This document shows positions 53,541 through 64,000 of a stretch of 64,000 nt of DNA, piece after piece. Source of the DNA: Tubiluchus corallicola (taxonomy: Eukaryota; Animalia; Priapulida). The DNA lies in assembly GCA_030141605.1 (NCBI GenBank), contig JAQGDQ010000001.1, forward strand, positions 1,860,001 through 1,924,000. The letters are read 5' to 3'. The translations under genes and the position numbers were made by a program. How positions within the stretch are numbered: the first letter of the stretch is position 1; every line of letters starts with the position of its first letter. Under the pieces are notes generated by a model that ran no database searches, was not told where the DNA came from, and was given only the letters and a program-made list of their open reading frames with translations.

Positions 53541-54526
53541 TTTGAGACGTACTTTAGAATTGTAATTATAAGCCACTTTAATTATAAGCCACCATAATAG
53601 ATGCACAAATTTCAAGTGAAATCGCTAATTGGGCCATGCATTTATTTGTTACAATTTGTGAAATAGTCATTTCAGTTTTTTGTTTGTAAATAAATTAATG
53701 AACACTAGGAATAAGTAAATAAATGAGTAAATAAATTTTAAATAGTTTATTCTTGGCGAGAATACTGACTAATTAGTTGGATAAACGTGTAGTTGCTGAG
53801 GCACAGTGGGTGAAATTTTATTTCCAAGAAAATATGTTTTAATAAAAATTACATGATTATAGATATTTTTTGCACACAATTGTGCAGTTTAATGAGTGTA
53901 CAATAAATGCAGACAATTTGAACCTGAATATTGGCGTATGTATAGACCCTAGCGCAAAAACTGGAAAGTAAGCTTATAGTGCTTATATGCATCAAAATAT
54001 AACAATGCTGATAGCCTCATTCGTTGATAATTATTTTCAGTCCTGATCTAGTTTGCTCACCATTGCGGTCAGTTTGCACAGCTGCACTTCAGTGTAGAGG
54101 GAATTACATCTGAATACCAAGTCCCAGTGTCTTAAAAGTTCGGCTGACTTATCATAATTCACCTCTTTTTCTTTTGGTAACGTTTTGTGAGTTTCATTGA
54201 TCGTAAAATTGGACCGCAATCATATAAACACAAAGTATACAATAAACAAGTAAAATAATTTTTATTTCAACCTAAATACATGAAAAGGTCAGATTTAAAA
54301 TTTAATAAGAGCGGAGAAGTCATTCCAAGTTTTTCAACATAGCATTAAAGTGGATGTTTTTTAAAAATCAGTTATAAATTGCCTGGGTGGAGGAATACGA
54401 ATAAATAAATTGAAACAGAATGAGTGAATTTAGAAATGGACCTACGAATGTATGCATAAAGTTGTAAAGCGGCGATACTGATGAAAGACAAAATAGTCTT
54501 TGTTAAGGCCAAATTTTGATGAAATG

Positions 54527-55375
54527 GAGACTGGCTGGATACAGCTACCAAACTCTCAGGAATGTTTATGTGGACAATTTTAACAGCGTTTTGCGCATTT
54601 TTATAAAATGCTGCATTTTGACCTGCTGTCCCGGAACTAGAAGGTCACGAAATGGTACTTAGGCGTGTGCCCTTTGGAGGCTTATGACTCCAAAACGCTC
54701 ACAATTAGATACTTGGCTACTGTTAGCAGGAACGAACAGGAAGTTATAAGTGGGCTTTCATTTGGCAGTAGGATAACCCAGGAAAACACGAAGTAGCCAA
54801 ATCGCGTCATCAGTACCCTCTAATCATTTCAAAAAATCAAATATCTGCACATAACTAGCAAGCGAAGCTATAAAATGTGACGAAATGTGTAATGGACCAA
54901 CAGGAAATCGGCCATTTGCTATAAGAATTTTGGATCTAGGTCGCACGCCAGGGGGAAGTGATGACGTCATCTGCACCATGTCTCATGTACCAAATTTAGA
55001 TAATCTTAATTTTTTGTCACATATGTCATCTGTATTCATGCAAAGTATGTTAATTACCTATACTAGGTAAGTTACAAATCAGTCTGAGTGTGTGTCCCAT
55101 GAAAGACGATACGGGACGATGACGTCATCAGCACCATGTTCCAAACATCAAGGTTTACTGGCGAAATTAATGGCCAGCTAACCGTTAATAGTAACCGTTA
55201 AAATGGTCTAGAGAAACATTCCTGAAAATTCATAATCATAATCATCAGCACCATGTTTCAAACATCAAGGTTGCTTTACTGGCGAATTTAATGGCCAGCT
55301 AACCGGCAATGGTAACCGTTAGAATGGTCTAAAGAAACATTCCTGAAAATTTGTTAGCTGTATCCAGTCAGTCCC
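54527..55375. mobile_element. Non-autonomous element with ~41-bp inverted repeats and an internal ~115-bp tandem duplication
   Basis: GAGACTGGCTGGATACAGCTACCAAACTCTCAGGAATGTTT (54527) is reverse-complementary to AAACATTCCTGAAAATTTGTTAGCTGTATCCAGTCAGTCCC (55335). Direct repeats at 55126-55230 and 55243-55351. Confidence 0.75.
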
Positions 55376-56125
55376 TTTTTTCGGCTAACAGACTTGCCGA
55401 GAATGGATAAGTGAACATACAAACGAACATTGAATTCATGTCACTGAATGAAAAATGAAAGACGATGAAAATGAATGACAAGGTCTCACCAGCAATTCAG
55501 ATTCAGGCTTATCTGAGTTATAATAAAAATTAAATTTCTCAGTCTTAGTAAAATCTGAAATTCCTACAACCATAAATGTCTCATTAAATAAAAAGGCAAC
55601 ATAGCAAGATTCAGAAACTAAAATGGTCTTTCGTCTCATCATTAAACAGTAATAATGCTATGGTTCAGTGGTCTTGAGAAATAATTACAGAAATTTTACT
55701 CAGTTAGACTTTTATATTCAGAGACAGACCTGATCGGTTAAAGTTTTGAGACACTGATTGGTCTCTGTGGGAGACGCTTGCACCATAATTATTCTAATAA
55801 TGCGTCACACAGAGTTTTTAACCTCAGATTGATGTGACATGCTAATGTAATTTAGAGAAGTGGTCGCCCATTTACTCCTACGCAACTGGCTTTTAGCAAA
55901 ATTGATGAGTCACAGCAGTCAATACAAATTAGTAGCGCTAATTAAAATGTAAATCTGGGCGCCAATCTCAAACTGTTGTCGCATAAAACAGAAGCCAAGC
56001 TAACCAAGTACCGTTATCAGTTCGCAGCTCACAACGTTATATCACGTAATAATTAGGAAAACTTTGAAATATTGCCATATACATAGTATAGATCTCAAAT
56101 ATAACATCATAAATTAATCTCATTT

Positions 56126-56128
<3 letters not shown>

Positions 56129-56188
<60 letters not shown>
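56129..56188. repeat. (TA)n microsatellite
   Basis: Pure run. Confidence 0.98.
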
Positions 56189-56190
<2 letters not shown>

Positions 56191-56514
56191 TTATTACATT
56201 ATTATTTACAGCTTGATTATAAATAATATTGACAATTGAGAAAAAGCAAACGTTCTGTGGAAAATACAAAGCGTCACCATCAATTTGTGTAATCAAACTT
56301 GCCATGCTCAATGTTGGCCTAATTAATGGCTAGTAGACAGAATTAAGTTAAATAGTAACATATAGGGTTCTGCTATTGTCTTAATCTTGTAATTATTATA
56401 GGGCTCTCCATATGTAATTAATCCATATTACATTGAAACATGTAGCCAGCCTTTTTCATGCTTTTATCTGCCCATAGTTTTTGGCTGACATGTAGCATTT
56501 CATTATGATAACAT

Positions 56515-59500
56515 TTAAAAGCTTCCGTGATTTCCAATGACATTTTCGTCAACACATAGCTCGCCGTTGAAACCGCATTGGGGCACTGCAGCTGGTACAA
56601 CCCCTCCTCTCCAGTCTATACTCCGACGCAACTGAAGTACCTAGAAAACATGAGTAGAAAAGGAATTACTATACAAAAATTGATTAGGTAAACTGAAAAA
56701 ATTAGAGATTGTTTTCTGTTTTAGTGAATTATATACTTGGATACAGATACTGTACCTCAAACGTCTCATGGTCTCTGTTGTATAGAAATAAATTTGATTA
56801 ATATTCGTCTTATTTACAATAAATGCTCTACTGATCCCACCAGTGAGCTTTTAAAGGGGAAGAGAAAGTAATTTTAAAGTATGTCCTAAAGGATTTTCTG
56901 CCCAAAGCTATATTACGTAGCAGTACGCTTGCCTGCTTGAATGAATTGTGTAACTAGAAAAGATAATTCTTAGTAATTTAAAATGTTCGAGCCAACTAGT
57001 AAAATATTACTGATTCACTTTCCCAGTGTGCACTATTAATTCACCAAAACGTATTTTTGATAGCCTTGACAAGATACAGTAATTTATACTTTTGCTTAGT
57101 TCGCGAAGTGTGGGTACAAATACTCTGATTATTTTTTCAATCTTTAGGCGATGTTACGGAGCCCTTAAAGGCTACGTGGAGAAAAATAACCGTGGCCGCG
57201 AATTAGTATCTCGTGCACAAGGACTAATAATTTGTGGCCACTAATTAGAATTTTTTCTCAACGTAGCCTTTCGGGGACTCCATTCTATGTTACCCAAATT
57301 TGTTTCGAACGATCTACTGTCAAAATAGCTGCGCTTAACTATCGATTGTGGGAGTTTAAATTTTCAAAAGCGTTGCTGCTATTACAAGATCTGTGCACAA
57401 TAAGGCAGTATGTAAGTGACACAAAATTTCAAAACGAAGTTTTCTAGCTTTATGTAAGTAAAGGGTTCTCTTATGCTTTAAGAATTTATAACAACAGGCA
57501 TTTATACTAAATGAAAAACATGAATCTAACCAAACTATTTGTGGACATTTAGTAGGACTTACAGGAATTCCAAGCATATTTTCTTCATCTTCTCCCGGCT
57601 CCACATGCTCGAATACCCCTACTGGCACAAGTCCGTAATGACTAGCAGAGTCAAGCGGCTTTAGAGCAATCAAGGTGTAGTTTCCCTGAGCATCTCCATT
57701 CTCGTCAATGTGTACGTGATAACCCATAGCACCTGTTGAAACCATCACTGATTTAGACGTTGATTATTTTGAAATTCAAAACAAAGGATAGTCAGCATAC
57801 ATGAAGACATACATATGAAAAGAGGGGAAAAGAGGTGGAAAGAGACACAGACATCGACACGAACATAAGTACTTTTTATTTATCCCTTTAAATCACCACA
57901 CAGTTTGTACAACAATTCAGTACTGTAAACAGAGTGAGGAGTGCAGAAAAGAGAGTAGCGAGAGAAGCTATCTTTCTCTGGATGATTGTCTTAAGAAGGC
58001 GAACAGCAATTAAATAATAGGCCTAATTGTATTAATAAGAAACGAAAATATTTAAATCGTTAAATAAAATTATTATTATCGACATAAAATTTCGAAGATG
58101 TAATATGTAATATCCTACTAACAGATGTCAATAAATAAGAAAAGAGTAATAAATAGTAGACTGATATTAGTTTGAACGTCCAGTAGTTGGTAACTGTGGT
58201 TTGCATACAAACTACGTTGTATGCTCCGCAGGTAAAAACGAGAACAATAGTACTGTTTATTGAGCATATAACACAAAGAGCATACAACATAAAAAGCAAA
58301 AAAACTTTGATCCTGTTCATAGGATGGAGCGGCTCAAATAATATTCGAGCAATAAAGACAATTCTTTTAATTAAAGGCAGCGCGCAGAAAAAAAAACGAT
58401 GAACCGTTTACTTTTGTACGATGTCCCGCATATGTGTTTCATTAAAACCTTTCCGTCCAGTGGATTATCGTTATTTTCCAGAGCCATGTGGACAGCCCAT
58501 GCATACAAGTAAACTGCATCATACAGGTATGCTGCTTCAGGACGAACCTACAGAAATTTGAAAAAAAATTACTGAAGTCACAGTTTAAACAAAGTGATAA
58601 TTTGTTTCTATTTTATTTAATACTGAAAACAATGTTGATTAATGTCAAATAGCAGGAAACAAAAGCAAAAAATCGCCAGGATCGTAAGTTGACTCACTGT
58701 GTTTAAAATTGCTTTGACACCACCATTTAACGTGCACCCATTACTACATATATATATGCCACCGGTTCAGCTACTTCTGTACTGTATATGGTATTCTCAG
58801 TGAAGAACATTCTTAGATCAAATGCAAAGGGATAATGCGTTGAAGTTTGTTACTAATTAATATAGTTATAGTTATCTATCGTTTGCTGTAGTTAATTGAA
58901 AATTTGTTTGCTTTCATCCAGTTAATAGTCTCTCTCACAGTACTTAAATGTAGTATGAATAAATTAGAGGGCACAAGGAATAGGTTGCCTATCAGCAAAA
59001 CACAGCCTATCGTCTGTAGATAATTAATGTAGGCAACAAACAGCATCAAACGTGCAGTATTAAAATGGATCTTTGTGGTATACACTAAAGTAGATAAGAA
59101 AGAGCAATGACACTAAAATCGACGCTTGTGGCACACTACATTTTATATTCCGCGCGTAAACTATGTAAGCCTATTATGTGCTGTAATACTCAAGTGGTTA
59201 TTTCACGTGTTGTAATAGGAGGACCCAAAAATTCAGTGAGTGCGCAAAAAATCCAAACTTACGACGCACAAGTTGCGTCACTGTGTTGTCAGTTCTCACT
59301 AAACCCTTATGTCAGACTTAGTGGAGAATCGGCGCTTTACAACCGATACTCACTTGTATTCGTGTGTCGAGCCCACTTGCTACTGCAAGGTTTAATTGAC
59401 GGAATGGTGGTAGTTCTAGATACTCTTGCACTTTCGCTTCAAATTTCGCATATTCTGGGTTGACGGGAGGGGAACCTATGATTCCCAGATATGAGCGATA

Positions 59501-61535
59501 AGCTCTCAGTCGTAGGTTTAACTGATTCGTTTCTGACTGAAATACACCTAAAATAAATTGGCAGAACAGAAGTTAGAATTTGCAGATACGCAGGTTAATA
59601 TAATTAATAAAAAAAGCCAATGCACTACATATCTGCATAACAAAAGCTAAAAGTGAAAGAATGGAACATCATTTTTAAGTCTTAGTTTTTGTCATGGGTC
59701 CGTATTAAATATAGAATGTATTACGTGGCATTATTTATTTTTCAAATATTCATTTGTTCATTCATTAGTTCGATGGGTTACTTGCGAAGGACACTGATTT
59801 AATAACATAGGGACGGCTGATATAACAACTTTTTATTTTTCGTCACCTTTCCGTTGAAACTGAATTTTCCGTTTTTGAATAATTGCAAAACATTAATTTT
59901 GTAAAAAGGAAAAATAAAATAAATCTGAAATCTAAAATCTAATGCAGTTTTGCGAGACATTTACCTGCTTTTTTTCCTTTATTAGATACTAAATTAAAGT
60001 AAGATGCTCAAGGTATGAGTTTAATACTGTGTTAGGTTATCTAAAACAACTGATTGTCGATCAGTCTATAAGACACGAGTCTTATCAGCACTTGGTACAA
60101 TAAATTCTTCTAAGTATGGCACTACAAAACTCAGAAACACGGTCCACTTACTGGTATATCAGTGAATTATACCACAATGCCTCATCATTCATCGAGTTAA
60201 CTGCGTTCAGTAAGATATAGAAAAATGAATAATGTTTGGTTTATAGCAATAAAAATTTTATCATAAGTTTATTGTTAAACTGCATAGGTCCGCACTAGAC
60301 TGTAAAACAATTTTTTTCTTTTCTTTCTGTAATAGTTTTTGTCAGTTTGGATATGGTACTACTACCTTTGATGTATTTTTCTGGCCGTTCTTCGTCATAT
60401 TGATCATTGTGAACACCGATGACAAAGTATTGGCCGTCATTGAACAGTCCTTTCTTCTCCATGCACAAGAGCAAACCAATGTACTCGTGTGGTGATCCGA
60501 TCACAACATAAACTGCAACAAAAAGAACTCTTGTATATTATAACAAAATTAATATTAATAATAATAATAATTTTATTTTAAAAAATGGCGTGTGTTAGTA
60601 GAAATGTTGTATTTTTCTGAGGCAAATCTTTTCAGCTGTTTAATGTATTACATCCGGTTTAGACGTTTGTAGCATTCCATACATGTCTGGCTGACGTGAA
60701 TCTTCTGATTTCCAATTACTTGAGAATTTAATCTTTTGCTTTCCGGATAAAACCTTACTGCTGTCAGTTAAGATTATAGACGTTACACAGGTTCGGTCAT
60801 TTCTTAGACTGCTGTGAATTCAGAGACGGCTATCGAAAGCAAATGCAAATTCTTCTACTTTAGGAACTGTTACAAAAAAGGATTTATTTACTAGCTACTC
60901 CATCACAAAGTCTAGTTGTTTTTTATTTCATTTTATACCATTATTTTGTTTTTAAACATAACAGAAAATGCCGAATGCAAAGAAAACAAGTAAGCGAGAA
61001 ATATATAATGTTGCAAACGGGTAATTAATATGCAACTTATTAGGGGCAAAATGATAGGGTGTCCAATTACAATAAGATTTTAAAATAAAGTTGTTTGCTG
61101 TGTGTTATAAGAAAAGAAGCAGGTGCGGTACTATAAATAGAAGCTGTAAAATAACGTCAAGCTATAGATAATGGCTTTTATACCATTTTGTATATGTATA
61201 TATATATATATAGGGTTTCATTTATACTTACTTCGTGTTTGAGTGTAAGTTTCGTCTACAAGTTTAATGAACGGATTCTCAGTGAAGCCATGATAATATG
61301 TGCCTGACCAATTCCGATGTGCTGCAACCCGGATATTGGAAGCTTCCAGAATTTGGATTGTATTCTTCACAATGGCATCAAATCTTTCTCTAGCATGACT
61401 AAGCACAACTACATTCGTCCATTGAAAATATTTCAATACACCTGCTACTGACTTAGAGACTTGAAAATCCGGCGCTCGAGTACGGGAAAACGTCGGATAT
61501 CTTTGCTTGTCTGTGACCGCTGTTTCAGGGCAAAA
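56515..61535 (-). CDS. Gyc32E: Receptor-type guanylyl cyclase extracellular (ANF-receptor/PBP1) domain, Gyc32E-like, 5'-partial; exons 61535-61232, 60512-60366, 59547-59354, 58547-58412, 57732-57563, 56640-56515 (TAA)
   Basis: In-phase GT-AG exons encoding DKQRYPTFSRTRAPDFQVSKSV…YFQWT, YYHGFTENPF, TRIYVVIG, EAAYLYDAVYLYA, SAMGYHVHIDENGDAQGNYTLIA and IDWRGGVVPAAVPQCGFNGELC. The subfamily label is from motif recall only. Confidence 0.8.
56890..57140 (-). repeat. Interspersed repeat family, copy 3 (in the last visible rGC intron)
   Basis: Inverted relative to 53283-53540. Confidence 0.7.
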
Positions 61536-64000
61536 CTGTTAAGCAAAAACAGAGGCAATTAAAGCATTCATAGTTACATATTTTGGACAACGACAACTAC
61601 CACTGTGTCTGTACCACTAAATGCAATTTGCCCAATTGTAGGAAAAATTCTACATTCCTGATTGTAACTTCTGATTGCAAGATATAATTTTGCACTATGA
61701 GAATGATGCAGACTTGTGTTGCACGATTTTCTACATTGCCACGGCATATCCAAAAGCCATTTTTAATTAGTTGGCTACTATTTAATTCGGTTAAGCGTGC
61801 CTGGCGCTATAGTAAGGTATAAAAGTAATTAAGGCGCGCCATTGGTTAAAACTATGAAATTGTCGACTGTACTGAATCAAGTTAGCTGTTGTACAAGTGT
61901 AGTCATGCTGTTACCGTTAAAGGGCAAGTTTAAGCATTTTTCAGCATTTGTGTAAAAAGTATTCAATTGAAATGTGAATCTAAAATTGAGCAATAACATT
62001 ATAGGGTGTGTCTTCCTTGTATACAGGCATATGGTAGTAATGGTATGTAACTGATAGTGCACAGGTCTGGTGCACATCATGTGCATCAAGTTGTGTAACA
62101 AAATGACGCTTAATTTGTTGGTATTTGTAAGTATCCTAGTGATTTTGACACGATCTTCAGATGCTAGGTGAACTTTGCGATGTCTTTAGTTTTTCAGTTC
62201 TTTTACTATTATTCACGTTTTAAGTAGGAAATGCTTTTTGTTTTAACTAAAGGCAGAAGTAGTTCTGATGCTTCATAAAAAAGCTGGAATCCGTTTGAAA
62301 TATATGTGAGAATCTAGTGACAACCAGATTCCTTAAAAAGTCACAAAGTATTAAATAATCTTGCATAAAATTGACTTTCTCATTTTTTTCATGCAATCAT
62401 TGTTGGCTACATCACCACATTATTAAGAACATACAACTTACGCAAATTAAAGTTTTTTTATCTTTGCTGACTACTTAAAGCCCATTCATGGCCCCATAAG
62501 TTAAGAAATAAATGATCACATTTTGCATACAAAAAGTATAGATTGAACATAAATGATGGCAATGAATCTATCATTAAGGTCAAAGTAGCGCTGAAGGCAA
62601 AATATAGACATTGCTCATGACCCTATCATATTAAATTTTAAAAACCGCTTCATATTGCATTTTTGCAATATTTGTTCTAGTACATGTATTACTATTGTAA
62701 TTCACAAAAACATTTCAGATAAAACCATCCTACTTATACCAGCCTACAATTTCTCAAGCGCGTTTTAGTTGACTTGAACAGCGCAAGCTTTTATACAAGT
62801 GTAACAATTTTATTTCTAGTGGTTCTTCATATTTCCTTAACCGCAGAGCCAAAGGAACAGCAAATTAAGTTTCAGTTTTTTACCATCGAATCTCACTACA
62901 GGTGGAATTAAAAGCCCTGGGGCGGCAAGACAGGGTGTTGCCAAATGCGCAGACTAAATACCCACCGACGTAGTAACACTAACCGTATAACCCTGCCTCA
63001 AAACTTCCTAATTAAAATTCGACAAAATTTTGCTATTTTGCACCAAACCCACGACAAGAAGTTGTGTGACAAGCAATTGTGTGGACTCTTCAATCAAATT
63101 ATTTTATTTCTGGCCATCACATAATAGAATGCACACCTACATAAGCTGAATAGTTACTATACAGCTTATTTTAATAATTGCTATAGAGAAATAAATATAA
63201 CAGCAGTTTCATTTGTTTAAGTATGTCAGTCTTGGCCTGAGCCTAGTTGCTGTGACATTAATGTTGCAATTTTGTTGCGGAGGGTGGCAACTATAACGTC
63301 AATGCAAAATTTAACCAGCGCCCCTTGTGAAGACAGAGCCGCCATGCCACTACCTCATAGTCGTTTAACTTGCTTCTAACCGTATCACCAGTATACATAA
63401 TTACTCAAGACGCAAATTCCCCATCCATAAAGTGTAGGAAGCAAACGCTGTCATTCTACCTGTTCAGTTTTTTCTCGATCACTCCTATGGATTAATTGTT
63501 CTCTAACAATTTAGTTCTTTGAAAAAACGTAAAAATGATCACTTTTGAAGGCATAAGGCAAACTGGCAGTGCGACATTTAAAAAGTAGGAATTATCAGAA
63601 AGCGGAAAACTTAACCTTGCTGCAATAATAAAGCATTGACGCCACGCTAAAACTTTCGGACGTTGCACATACCTCGTTACTAATTTTTTTGGTCTATTGC
63701 ATATAATGGATTGAAGCAGATGAGAGCGAAACTATGCTTTGAAAGTAACATTAAAATGTCCTCAGGGCTGCTTTAAAGGTGAAGATCATCACCGACGACC
63801 TGACTACTGATGGCTTGGCTAACAAGCCCACCTTCTGTCGGCGAAGACACGTTGAAGCTCTGCAATCTCATTAGATTTGTTGGAAGCCATGAACTATATT
63901 CAGCGTGCGTGTCAATAACAGCTTTGCTACATTCTTTCACAAATCCTATGATCTCCAAATTATTAGACCTTGCATATCTTCACCAAGAATGTAGTTCACC

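Noticed and set aside
63773-64000. Minus-strand ORF at the window edge as an upstream rGC exon
   Set aside because: No rGC motifs. RSNNLEIIG weakly recalls LINE ORF1, but this is insufficient to call.

Overview
AT-rich, intron-containing animal (invertebrate) genomic DNA; the organism cannot be fixed from sequence alone. In order: the 3' part of an MFSD6L-like transporter gene (+), a complete 12-exon flotillin-1 (+), a complete 12-coding-exon DOPA decarboxylase (-), an intronless CRYZL1-like ORF (+), a secreted precursor with TWO tandem eclosion-hormone (EH)-like six-cysteine domains (+), a 7SL/SRP RNA gene preceded by a CTCF-type motif, and six exons of a receptor guanylyl-cyclase (Gyc32E-like) extracellular domain (-). 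The last of these exons runs into a stop codon just after the juxtamembrane Cys pair, and I found no TM, kinase-homology or cyclase exons in the window. Intergenic and intronic DNA holds MITEs, LINE and Academ-like relics and long microsatellites. The most interesting signal is the convergent pair of a double-EH ligand and an apparently soluble rGC ectodomain, near DDC. All protein-family assignments come from my recall of family motifs, not from database searches.
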